Positions 1 through 8,288 of a stretch of DNA of 64,000 nt are shown one piece after another (positions within the stretch are counted from its first letter, which is position 1; each line of letters opens with the position of its first letter). A program made the position numbers and the translations under genes. Location: the NCBI RefSeq assembly GCF_001899645.1, contig NZ_MKVV01000024.1, forward strand, positions 121,016 to 185,015. Direction: 5' to 3'. The DNA is from Pseudonocardia sp. 73-21 (GTDB lineage: Bacteria; Actinomycetota; Actinomycetes; Mycobacteriales; Pseudonocardiaceae). Under the pieces are notes generated by a model that worked only from the letters and a program-made list of their open reading frames with translations, ran no database searches and had not been told where the DNA came from.

Positions 1-1294
1 CGCGGCGCAGCTCGGTGACGGCGTCGGCGATGGCGGCGAGCTGGTCGCGGTCCGGGTCGGCGTCCGGATCGTCGGGATCGACGACGGGCCGGTACCGCAC
101 CTCGACGGGGTAGCTGCGTCCCGACACCTCGACGATCGGGGCGCCGCCGAAGTGCCGCGAGAAGCGCTCGGGATCGATGGTGGCCGAGGTGATGATCACC
201 TTGAGGTCGGGGCGCCGGGGGAGCAGCTGAGCGAGGTAGCCCAGGATGAAGTCGATGTTGAGGCTGCGCTCGTGGGCCTCGTCGATGATCAGCGTGTCGT
301 ACTGCCACAGCATCCGGTCGCCGGTGAGCTCGGCGAGCAGGATGCCGTCGGTCATGAGCTTGACCAGCGTGGTGTCGCCGACCTGGTCGGTGAAGCGCAC
401 CTTCCAGCCGACCGCCTCACCGATCTCGGTGTGCAGCTCCTCGGCGATGCGGGCGGCCACGGTACGGGCGGCGAGGCGGCGGGGCTGGGTGTGGCCGATG
501 AGCCCGCGGACGCCCCGGCCCAGCTCGAGGCAGATCTTCGGGATCTGCGTGGTCTTCCCGGAGCCGGTCTCGCCGGCGACGATCACGACCTGGTGGTCGC
601 GGATGGCGGCGGCGATGTCCTCGCGACGGGCGCTGACGGGCAGCGTCTCGGGGTAGCTGATGGCCGGCAGGGCGGCACGGCGGGCGGCGATCCGCTGCTC
701 GGCCTCGTCGACGGCGGTGGCGATGCCGGCGAGGTTCCGGTTGCGGGCGGCGCGGTCGCGGGTGCGGTGGGCCGTGTCCAGGCGGCGGGCCAGGCGGTGC
801 TCGTCGCGCAGGCCCAGCGCGGGCAGCCGCTCGGCGAGCGCGTCGAGATGGGCGTCGGAGAACTCGGGCGCCGCATCCTCCGCGAGTCGGGGTGTGCGTG
901 CGTGCGGGTCGGGCTCCGCGTGCGACGGCCGGCGGCGGCGGGACCCGGCCGACGCGGGTCGGTCGCCGTGGCGATGGTCCCGCTCTGCCGGGCCGTTCTC
1001 CGCGCCGCCGTTCTCCGCGCCGCCGTTCTCCGCGCCGCCGTTCTCCACGGGGGCGGGAGTGCCTCCATCGGCCCGGGCGGAACGAGGACGGCGCCGGCGC
1101 GGCCTGCGGGGAGGCCGGGCGTCGACGCCGTCGGGACTCCCGCGGCCCGGCCGGTCGGCGCCGTCGCGGGCGCCTCCACCGGCGGGCACGACACCCTCGC
1201 GGGAGGGGAGGGCGTCGGCGGGTGGGGCGTCCTGCGCGGGGCGCGCGTCGCCGGCTCGGGCCGCGGGAGAGGCTCGATCTACGGGGAAGGACAT
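1..1294 (-). CDS. hrpA: ATP-dependent DEAH-box RNA helicase HrpA, N-terminal part (runs off the left edge)
   Basis: Minus-strand translation gives [47 protein letters not shown] and [17 protein letters not shown]. The frame is open to an ATG at 1294, giving a ~130-aa disordered N-terminal extension; the exact start is uncertain. Absent from the ORF track. Confidence 0.95.
   Translation of the reverse strand, partial: MSFPVDRASPAARAGDARPAQDAPPADALPSREGVVPAGGGARDGADRPGRGSPDGVDARPPRRPRRRRPRSARADGGTPAPVENGGAENGGAENGGAENGPAERDHRHGDRPASAGSRRRRPSHAEPDPHARTPRLAEDAAPEFSDAHLDALAERLPALGLRDEHRLARRLDTAHRTRDRAARNRNLAGIATAVDEAEQRIAARRAALPAISYPETLPVSARREDIAAAIRDHQVVIVAGETGSGKTTQIPKICLELGRGVRGLIGHTQPRRLAARTVAARIAEELHTEIGEAVGWKVRFTDQVGDTTLVKLMTDGILLAELTGDRMLWQYDTLIIDEAHERSLNIDFILGYLAQLLPRRPDLKVIITSATIDPERFSRHFGGAPIVEVSGRSYPVEVRYRPVVDPDDPDADPDRDQLAAIADAVTELRR
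992..1046. repeat. 15-bp tandem repeat x3.7 (GCCGTTCTCCGCGCC), encoding ENGGA repeats in the HrpA N-terminal extension
   Basis: Units start at 992, 1007, 1022 and 1037 (partial). Confidence 0.9.
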
Positions 1295-1321
1295 GGTTCT
1301 TTCAGTGTGACCGATGCGAGA

Positions 1322-1582
1322 TCAGGCCGAGCGTAGGCCGGGTGTGATCTCGTCGTCGACGGGATTGTCGGCCGCCGGGTGCTCGACCAGCGCCAGCACG
1401 CGGTTGGCCAGGAAGCGGGCGGTGCGGATGGTGGAGCCGCCGCGGGTGCTCTCGCTGACCTCGACGAAGCCCCGGCCGTGCGTGATGGAGACCTTGCGGC
1501 CCGCGCGCGTGGCGGTGATGTCGTAGGTGCGGGTGGTGCCGCTGCCGGCGTCGATCACGATCTCTACACGGTCGCCCTTCAT
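1322..1582 (-). CDS. Small hypothetical protein (86 aa, beta-rich; MKGDRVEIVIDAG...)
   Basis: ATG at 1582 with GAAGGA upstream; typical GC3 codon bias; alternating hydrophobic beta-strand pattern. Confidence 0.8.
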   Translation of the reverse strand: MKGDRVEIVIDAGSGTTRTYDITATRAGRKVSITHGRGFVEVSESTRGGSTIRTARFLANRVLALVEHPAADNPVDDEITPGLRSA

Positions 1583-1606
1583 GGCGGTGTCCTTCGATCT
1601 GGAGGA

Positions 1607-1712
1607 GTAGGTGTCCGGACCGGGCGCCGGGCGCCTCACGGCGCGTGGCACACCCGTAGGCGGCGATAGGTAGGACCCGGGGCTCGGATCGCCCGGTTCG
1701 GACACGCACTAC
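1607..1712 (-). ncRNA. Putative structured RNA element, copy B (gene-proximal) of a tandem pair
   Basis: 14/15-bp outer stem TGTCCGAACCGGGCG/CGCCCGGTCCGGACA; bulge ATCCGAGCC; CCGGG/CCCGG stem; C(UACG)G and CGCC(GUGA)GGCG hairpins. Confidence 0.65.
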
Positions 1713-1747
1713 AACCACCCCGACCAGGGAACTGTTCCCCCGACGGG

Positions 1748-1856
1748 GTAGGTGTCCGAGCCGAGCGCCGGGCGCCTCTCGGCGGATGGCACACCCCGTG
1801 GGGTGGCAAAATGGTGAGACCCGGGGCTCGGATCGCTCGACCCGAACAGGCCCTAC
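1748..1856 (-). ncRNA. Putative structured RNA element, copy A (upstream) of a tandem pair
   Basis: 15/15-bp outer stem TGTTCGGGTCGAGCG/CGCTCGGCTCGGACA (3 G-U pairs); same bulge ATCCGAGCC; CCGGG/CCCGG stem; C(CACG)G and CGCC(GAGA)GGCG hairpins. Confidence 0.65.
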
Positions 1857-2689
1857 AACGGGCCGCCCCCCGAAATGATTCCCGCCAGCACGCGATCGGT
1901 GAAGGGCGGCCAGGCCTCGATCGCCCACGGCCCGAAGTCGCGGTCGGTGAGCACCACGCACGCGGCGCCCGCGTCGGGGTCGACCCACAGGAACGTCCCG
2001 GACTGGCCGAAGTGGCCGAAGGTCCGCGGCGAGCTGTTCGCGCCCGTCCAGTGCGGGGACTTGCCGTCGCGGATCTCGAACCCGAGGCCCCAGTCGTTGG
2101 GCTTCTGCCGCCCGTAGCCGGGCAGGATCCCGTCGAGGCCGGGGAAGGCGACGGTCGTGGCCTCCGCGAGGGTGTGGGTGAGCATCGGCGCCTGGAGCTC
2201 CGCGGCGAACCGGGTGAGGTCGGCCGCGGTCGACACCCCGTCGGCGGCGGGGGAGCCCTCCAGCCGCGTGGCCGTCATGCCCAGCGGCTCGCACACGGCC
2301 TGGTCCAGGTACTCGGCGAACGGGATGCCCGCGGCCTCCGCGATCGCGGCGCCGAGCACCTCGAAGCCGGTGTTGGAGTAGATCCGCTTCGTCGCGACGG
2401 CGGCCTGCACGGCGTCACCGGTGAAGGCGAGGCCGGAGACGTGGGCGGCCAGGTGGCGCACCGTGGAGCCCTCGGGACCGGCGGGGGTGTCCCACTCGAC
2501 GGCGCCCTCCTCGACCGCGATCAGCGTCGCGTACGCCGTGAGCAGCTTCGTGACCGACGCCAGGCGGAACGGGCGGTCGATCTCGCCCGCCGAGCCGAGC
2601 ACCGTGCCGTCCGCGGCGACCGTGGTGGCGGCGACGTGGTCGACCGGCCAGTCGAGCACGGTCCCGATGGCGGTGTGCAGGTCGTTCAC
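1853..2689 (-). CDS. Serine hydrolase, beta-lactamase-related family
   Basis: SxxK motif LASVTKL, YSNTGF and FGHFGQSGTFLWVDP; GTG start at 2689. Confidence 0.9.
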   Translation of the reverse strand: MNDLHTAIGTVLDWPVDHVAATTVAADGTVLGSAGEIDRPFRLASVTKLLTAYATLIAVEEGAVEWDTPAGPEGSTVRHLAAHVSGLAFTGDAVQAAVATKRIYSNTGFEVLGAAIAEAAGIPFAEYLDQAVCEPLGMTATRLEGSPAADGVSTAADLTRFAAELQAPMLTHTLAEATTVAFPGLDGILPGYGRQKPNDWGLGFEIRDGKSPHWTGANSSPRTFGHFGQSGTFLWVDPDAGAACVVLTDRDFGPWAIEAWPPFTDRVLAGIISGGGPL

Positions 2690-2704
2690 GCGGCCATCCT
2701 GCCC

Positions 2705-2818
2705 CGGCGGTGCCGATGTCGCCTTCGCGGGACGGTGTGCGTCGGCGGTGCCGATGTCGCCTTCGCGGGACGGTGTGCGTCGGCGGTGCCGATGTCGCCT
2801 CCGCGGGACAGAGCGCGT
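2705..2818. repeat. Intergenic 38-bp tandem repeat x3 (CGGCGGTGCCGATGTCGCCTTCGCGGGACGGTGTGCGT)
   Basis: Units at 2705 and 2743 are identical; the unit at 2781 is diverged. Lies between two divergent start codons. No spacers, so not CRISPR. Confidence 0.9.
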
Positions 2819-2840
2819 CTCCGGTGCCATCCTCGCCGAC

Positions 2841-3659
2841 ATGGCACAGGTACGGGTCGGGACGTCGGGGTGGCGCTACCCACCGTGGCGCCGCACCTTC
2901 TACCCCGAGGGCCTGCCCCAGCGGCGTGAGCTCGAGTACCTCTCGCGGCGGGTCCGGTCCATTGAGATCAACGGGTCGTTCTACTCGCTCCAACGCCCTG
3001 AGAGCTACCGGGCGTGGGCCGCGGAGACCCCCGACGACTTCGTGTTCGCCGTCAAGGGGCCCCGGTTCGTCACCCATCTCAAGCAGCTGCGCGACGTGGC
3101 CGTCCCGATGGCGAACTTCTTCGCGTCGGGGGTGCTGGGGCTCGGCCCGAAGCTCGGTCCGGTGCTCTGGCAACTGCCGCCGCGGATGCGGTTCGACGCC
3201 GCGCGCATCGAGGTGTTCCTGGCGCTGCTGCCGCACACCACCGCCGGGGCCGCGGCGCTCGCCGAGGGCCACGACGAGCGCCTGGACGGGCGGGCGCTCA
3301 CCACCACCGACGCCGACCGGCCCCTGCGCCACGCGCTGGAGGTGCGGCACGAGAGCTTCCGCGACCCCGCCGTCCCGGCGCTGCTGCGCGAGCACGGCGT
3401 CGCGCTCGTGCTCGCGGACTCCGCCGGCACCTGGCCCGTCTTCGACGAGGTGACGGCCGACCACGTCTACGTCCGGCTGCACGGGCAGGACGAGCTCTAC
3501 GCGGGCGGCTACACCCCCGAGGCCCTCGACGCCTGGGCCGGGCGGGTGCGGGGGTGGCTCGCCGCCGGGCTCGACGTGGCCGTCTACTTCGACAACGACG
3601 CCAAGGTGCACGCGCCGTACGACGCGATCGCCCTGGCCGGGCGCCTCATACCGGGGTAG
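2841..3659 (+). CDS. DUF72 (YecE-like) family protein
   Basis: VRVGTSGWRY, SIEINGSFYSLQ, FAVKGPRFVTH, LWQLPP, ALEVRHESF, VYVRLHG and VYFDND. Confidence 0.92.
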   Translation: MAQVRVGTSGWRYPPWRRTFYPEGLPQRRELEYLSRRVRSIEINGSFYSLQRPESYRAWAAETPDDFVFAVKGPRFVTHLKQLRDVAVPMANFFASGVLGLGPKLGPVLWQLPPRMRFDAARIEVFLALLPHTTAGAAALAEGHDERLDGRALTTTDADRPLRHALEVRHESFRDPAVPALLREHGVALVLADSAGTWPVFDEVTADHVYVRLHGQDELYAGGYTPEALDAWAGRVRGWLAAGLDVAVYFDNDAKVHAPYDAIALAGRLIPG

Positions 3660-3835
3660 CCGCACGGCCACCGCGACCGTGACGGCGGCGGTGCCGCCCG
3701 CCGCCGCCCGCCACAACGACACCGGGCGTGATCATCGGTCGGGGACGCGGAGCCGTAGGGGGCGCGGCTGGCGGTCCCGGGGCGACGATCACCCGGCGCG
3801 TGGTCGCCCGTCCGCCGACGTGTGGATCGCGGCGA

Positions 3836-5446
3836 TCAGCCGCGGATGCGGCTGGTCTGGCCGCTCCACTCCTTCTCGCGCAGCTCGAACTTCTGCACCT
3901 TGCCGGTGGAGGTCTTCGGCAGCTCCGCCACGATCTCGACGGTCTTGGGCGCCTTGTAGCGGGCGATCTTCACCTTGACGTGCTCGATGATCTCCTCCGG
4001 CGTGGCGCTCTCGCCCTCGGCCAGCACCACGAAGCCCTTGGGCACCTCGCCCCACTTCTCGTCGGGCACCCCGATCACGGCCGCCTCCAGCACCGCGGGG
4101 TGGGACACGATCGCCTGCTCCACCTCGATCGTCGAGATGTTCTCCCCGCCGGAGATCACGACGTCCTTGGCCCGGTCACGCAGCTCGATGTAGCCGTCGG
4201 GGTACATGACGCCGAGGTCGCCGGAGTGGAACCAGCCGCCCGCGAAGGCCTTCTCGGTGCCGTCGACGTCCTCGTAGTAGCCCTTCATGACGTTGTTGCC
4301 GCGCATGACGATCTCGCCCATCGCGACGCCGTCGGCCGCCACGTCCCGCATGTTCTCGTCCACCACGCGCACGCGGTCGGCGCAGAGCATGCCGACGCCC
4401 TGGCGGGCCTGCCGCGATGCGCGCTCCTCGGGCTCGAGCGAGTCCCAGGCGCGCTGGTACTGGTTCACCGTGTACGGACCGTAGGTCTCGGTGAGCCCGT
4501 AGACGTGGACGATCCGGAAGCCCTTCTTCTCCATCGCCAGGATCGTGGTGGGCGACGGCGGCGCTCCCGCCGTGGTGATCACCAGCTGGTAGTCGAGCTG
4601 CTCGGCCTCGGGGGCGCGCAGGATCGTGGTGACGACGGTGGGGGCGCCGTTGAGGTGCGTGACCCGGTGCTCCTTGATCAACGCCCAGATCGCGTCGCCG
4701 CGCACCTCGCGCAGGCAGACGTGGGTGCCGCCGATCGCCGTGAGTGCCCAGGGGGTGCACCAGCCGTTGCAGTGGAACATCGGCAGCGTCCACAGGTAGA
4801 CGCTGTCGGGCGTGTGCGCGGAGTGGATGATCTCGCCGAACGAGTTCAGGTGGGCGCCGCGGTGGTGGTACATCACGCCCTTGGGCTTGCCCGTGGTGCC
4901 GGACGTGTAGTTGATCGACAGCGTGGCGTCCTCGTCCGCCACGGTCCACGGCAGCGGCTCGTCGTTGCCGCGGGCGAGCAGGTCGTCGTAGCGGACGCCG
5001 CTGCCGATGCCGTCGCCCGGGTTGGCCGGGTCGACCACCGTGATGATCTCCTCGACGGTCTTCAGCTCCCCCGCGACGGGGGCGACCACCGGGTACAGCG
5101 CGGCGTCGACGACGAGCACCGTGGAACCGGAGTGGTCGAGGATGTAGCGCACCTCGTCGGTGGACAGGCGCGTGTTGATCGCGACGAGCACCGCGCCGGC
5201 GAGCGGCACGGCGAAGTGCGCCACCAGCATCTCCGGCACGTTGGGCAGCAGGTACGCGACGCGGTCGCCCGGCTCCACGCCGGACCCGCGCAGCGCGTGG
5301 GCCACGCGGGTGGCCTCGGCCGCGAACTCGGCGTAGGTGTGCCGCCGCTCGCCGTAGACGATGGCCGTCTTGTCCGGGTACACGTCGGCGGAGCGGCGCA
5401 GGAAGGCGAGCGGGGTGAGTTGCGTGTTCCAGACCGACAGGGGCAT
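3836..5446 (-). CDS. Acyl-CoA synthetase (AMP-binding, fatty-acid--CoA ligase family)
   Basis: YTSGTTGKPKGV, YGLTETYG, WFHSGDLG and LPKTSTGKVQK. Confidence 0.93.
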   Translation of the reverse strand: MPLSVWNTQLTPLAFLRRSADVYPDKTAIVYGERRHTYAEFAAEATRVAHALRGSGVEPGDRVAYLLPNVPEMLVAHFAVPLAGAVLVAINTRLSTDEVRYILDHSGSTVLVVDAALYPVVAPVAGELKTVEEIITVVDPANPGDGIGSGVRYDDLLARGNDEPLPWTVADEDATLSINYTSGTTGKPKGVMYHHRGAHLNSFGEIIHSAHTPDSVYLWTLPMFHCNGWCTPWALTAIGGTHVCLREVRGDAIWALIKEHRVTHLNGAPTVVTTILRAPEAEQLDYQLVITTAGAPPSPTTILAMEKKGFRIVHVYGLTETYGPYTVNQYQRAWDSLEPEERASRQARQGVGMLCADRVRVVDENMRDVAADGVAMGEIVMRGNNVMKGYYEDVDGTEKAFAGGWFHSGDLGVMYPDGYIELRDRAKDVVISGGENISTIEVEQAIVSHPAVLEAAVIGVPDEKWGEVPKGFVVLAEGESATPEEIIEHVKVKIARYKAPKTVEIVAELPKTSTGKVQKFELREKEWSGQTSRIRG

Positions 5447-5540
5447 GAGTGGATCCTGAACGCTGCACCCGGGCCGGGCAAGCGCCGAACGGCACTCAGC
5501 GCGTCCCGGTGAGGCTACGGCGCTACCGTTCGGTGCGTGA

Positions 5541-5735
5541 TCAGTCCTCGACGAGCTTGATGGCCGCCCGCGGGCAGGAGGCCACGGCCTCCTCCAGCTT
5601 CGGGCGCAGGGCTTCCGCGGGGTTCTCGTCGAGGATGTAGAGGAAGTCGTCGTCCCTCACCTCGAACACCTCGGGGACGATGCCCATGCAGATGGCGTTG
5701 GACTCGCAGAGGTCGAAGTCGACCGTGACCTTCAT
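5541..5735 (-). CDS. Ferredoxin (single-cluster, actinobacterial P450-type)
   Basis: MKVTVDFDLCESNAICMGIVPEVF...AVASCPRAAIKL, 64 aa; ATG at 5735. Confidence 0.92.
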   Translation of the reverse strand: MKVTVDFDLCESNAICMGIVPEVFEVRDDDFLYILDENPAEALRPKLEEAVASCPRAAIKLVED

Positions 5736-5781
5736 GGGTCCATCGTGCACGGTCACGGACGGGCGGGAAAGCCAGGTCGGC

Positions 5782-5979
5782 CTAACCCGCGGGCGCCCCC
5801 GCCGGGGTGGTGGCCACCGCCCGGGTGGGCGCGGCCGGTGTGGACGTCGCACTGGCCGCGGCGGGCCCCGGGGGACGGTGCGCGTCGACGGCCAGCGCGG
5901 TGCCGGCCATGGCGACGACGCAGGCGGCACTGATCGTGGCGGCGGCGGCCGCCAGCAGGGTGGGACGGGTGAGGGACAT
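5782..5979 (-). CDS. Small putative secreted Ala/Thr/Pro-rich protein
   Basis: Signal-peptide-like N-terminus ending in ALA; GAGG-like RBS; no recognisable domain. Confidence 0.45.
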   Translation of the reverse strand: MSLTRPTLLAAAAATISAACVVAMAGTALAVDAHRPPGPAAASATSTPAAPTRAVATTPAGAPAG

Positions 5980-6123
5980 GAGAGCGGGGGTCCTCTCGTG
6001 GAGCGGCCGTCGAGGGGGAGCGCCGGCCTGACCTGCTCATCTACGGCCCGTCGGCCGTCGTTACCGCTCCGTCACAAGTTGGGCCGTTCGGCTCAGAGCC
6101 GCACCGGCAGGCGGGTCAGGCGC

Positions 6124-8001
6124 TCAGGATTTCCGCAGCACCGGCCGGAGGTCGTCCAGGACCGCCGCGTTCTCGATGGTGCCGGGCACCGGCTCGTCGA
6201 GGCCGTCGGCGATGCCGCGCATGGTCTTGCGCAGGATCTTGCCGCTGCGGGTCTTGGGCAGAGCCGCCACCACCGCGACGTCCTTCAGCGACGCGACGGC
6301 CCCGATCTGCTCGCGCACGAGCTGCACCAGCTCGGCGCGCAGCTCGTCGCCGTCCCGTTCGACACCGGACTTGAGCACGACGAACCCGCGCGGGATCTGG
6401 CCCTTCATCGGGTCCGCGACGCCGATCACGGCGCACTCGGCCACGTCGGGATGCGAGGCGAGGACCTCCTCCATCCCGCCCGTGGACAGCCGGTGGCCGG
6501 CCACGTTGATCACGTCGTCGGTGCGGCCCATGACGTAGACGTAGCCCTGCGCGTCGATCCGTCCGCCGTCGCCGGTGAGGTAGTAGCCCGGGAAGGCCGA
6601 CATGTAGGAGCTGACGAACCGCTCGTCGTCGTTCCAGAGCGTGGGCAGGGCGCCGGGCGGCATCGGCAGCTTGACGACGATGGCGCCGTCGGTGCCGGCC
6701 TCCACGGGCCTGCCCGCCGCGTCGAGCACCTGCACGTCCCAGCCGGGCAGCGGCACCGTCGGCGAGCCGGGCTTCACCGGCAGCAGCTCGATGCCGGCGG
6801 GGTTGGCCACGATCGGCCAACCCGTCTCGGTCTGCCACCAGTGGTCGATCACCGGGATCTCCAGCAGCTCCTGCGCCCAGCGCAAAGTCTCGGGATCGAG
6901 GCGCTCGCCGGCGAGGAACAGGTACTCCAGCGAGGAGAGGTCGTACTTCTGCGCGTACTCCCCGCGGGGGTCCTCCTTCTTGATCGCCCGGAACGCGGTC
7001 GGCGCGGTGAACAGGCTCTTCACCTTGTGCTCCTGCACGACCCGCCAGAACTGCCCGGCGTCGGGGGTGCCGACGGGCTTGCCCTCGTAGAGCACGGAGG
7101 TGGCCCCGACCAGCAGCGGCGCGTAGACGATGTAGGAGTGGCCGACGACCCACCCGACGTCGGACGCGGTGAAGATCGTCTCGCCGGGGCCCACGGCGTA
7201 GACCGACGGCATCGACCAGTTCAGCGCCACCGCGTGGCCGCCGCTGTCGCGCACGACGCCCTTCGGCTTCCCGGTGGTCCCGGACGTGTAGAGGATGTAG
7301 AGCGGGTCGGTGGCCTTGACCGGGACGCAGTCGGCCGGGGTCGCGTCCGCGGCGGCGGTGGCCCAGTCGATGTCGTTCGGGCCCATCTCGGCCTCGGCCT
7401 GGGGCCGCTGCAGGATCACGCACGCCGACGGCTTGTGCTCCGCGAGCTCGATGGCCTTGTCCAGCAGCGGCTTGTAGGCGATCACCCGCTGGCCCTCGAT
7501 GCCGCAGGACGCCGACACGATCACCGTCGGGGCGGCGTCGTCGATGCGGACGGCCAGCTCCTTCGGGGCGAACCCGCCGAACACCACCGAGTGCACGGCC
7601 CCGATCCGCGCGCACGCGAGCATCGCGACGACGGCCTCGGGCACCATCGGCATGTAGATGACCACGCGGTCGCCGCGCCCCACGCCCTGCGCCGCGAGCA
7701 CCCCGGCGAACACGGCGACCTCGTCGCGCAGCTGCGCGTAGGTGTACGTGCGCTGGGAGCCCGTCACGGGGGAGTCGTAGACCAGCGCGGCCTGCTCGCC
7801 GCGCCCGCCCTCGACGTGCCGGTCCAGCGCGTTGTGGCAGACGTTCAGCTCCCCGTCGGGGAACCACCGGTAGAACGGCGGGTTCGACGCGTCGAGCGCG
7901 CGGGTGGGGGCCACGTGCCAGTCGATGGACTCCGCGGCCTTCAGCCAGAACGCCTCGGGGTTGTCGACACTGGCCTGGAAGACGTCGTCGTAGTCAGCCA
8001 C
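6124..8001 (-). CDS. prpE: Propionyl-CoA synthetase (acetate/propionate--CoA ligase)
   Basis: WFPDGELNVCHNALDRHV, YTSGTTGKPKGVVRD, DHWWQTETGW and LPKTRSGKILR. Confidence 0.9.
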   Translation of the reverse strand: MADYDDVFQASVDNPEAFWLKAAESIDWHVAPTRALDASNPPFYRWFPDGELNVCHNALDRHVEGGRGEQAALVYDSPVTGSQRTYTYAQLRDEVAVFAGVLAAQGVGRGDRVVIYMPMVPEAVVAMLACARIGAVHSVVFGGFAPKELAVRIDDAAPTVIVSASCGIEGQRVIAYKPLLDKAIELAEHKPSACVILQRPQAEAEMGPNDIDWATAAADATPADCVPVKATDPLYILYTSGTTGKPKGVVRDSGGHAVALNWSMPSVYAVGPGETIFTASDVGWVVGHSYIVYAPLLVGATSVLYEGKPVGTPDAGQFWRVVQEHKVKSLFTAPTAFRAIKKEDPRGEYAQKYDLSSLEYLFLAGERLDPETLRWAQELLEIPVIDHWWQTETGWPIVANPAGIELLPVKPGSPTVPLPGWDVQVLDAAGRPVEAGTDGAIVVKLPMPPGALPTLWNDDERFVSSYMSAFPGYYLTGDGGRIDAQGYVYVMGRTDDVINVAGHRLSTGGMEEVLASHPDVAECAVIGVADPMKGQIPRGFVVLKSGVERDGDELRAELVQLVREQIGAVASLKDVAVVAALPKTRSGKILRKTMRGIADGLDEPVPGTIENAAVLDDLRPVLRKS

Positions 8002-8288
8002 GGGGCGACCTTAGGGCGAATCGGGGCGGCGGGGCAGGGTCTGTCGTACTGCCACCTGCCTGGGTGGTCAGGACGTCCCCCGTCCGTGTGTACGGACCGT
8101 GAGCGATGAACACAACGTAGCGTCACCACCCGATCGGCGCACTCACGATGGAGGCGCGTCCGTCGTTCCACTCACTGTAGTGATTCGCCTACTGCCTGTT
8201 CGTGGATCTTCGCAGTCACGTTCGCGGTCGGACCGGCGATGGGAGGGCACGGGCGATCGGCGCCCGTGGGGACGAGGGGACGGCAGCG

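Noticed and set aside
152-1336. Long plus-strand ORFs here, and similar long antisense ORFs throughout (e.g. 3728-5512, 5680-8109, 28083-30518, 32268-34880)
   Set aside because: Shadow frames of real opposite-strand genes in ~75% GC DNA, with no motifs of their own.
1607-1856. Assignment of the tandem RNA to glycine, c-di-AMP, c-di-GMP or SAM-IV riboswitch classes
   Set aside because: Their conserved core sequences are not present; left unassigned pending an Rfam search.
2705-2818. Possible CRISPR array
   Set aside because: The units abut with no unique spacers, and there are no cas genes.
3836-8001. Secondary-metabolite cluster (two CoA ligases plus ferredoxin)
   Set aside because: No PKS, NRPS, carrier protein or P450; consistent with ordinary fatty-acid and propionate activation.
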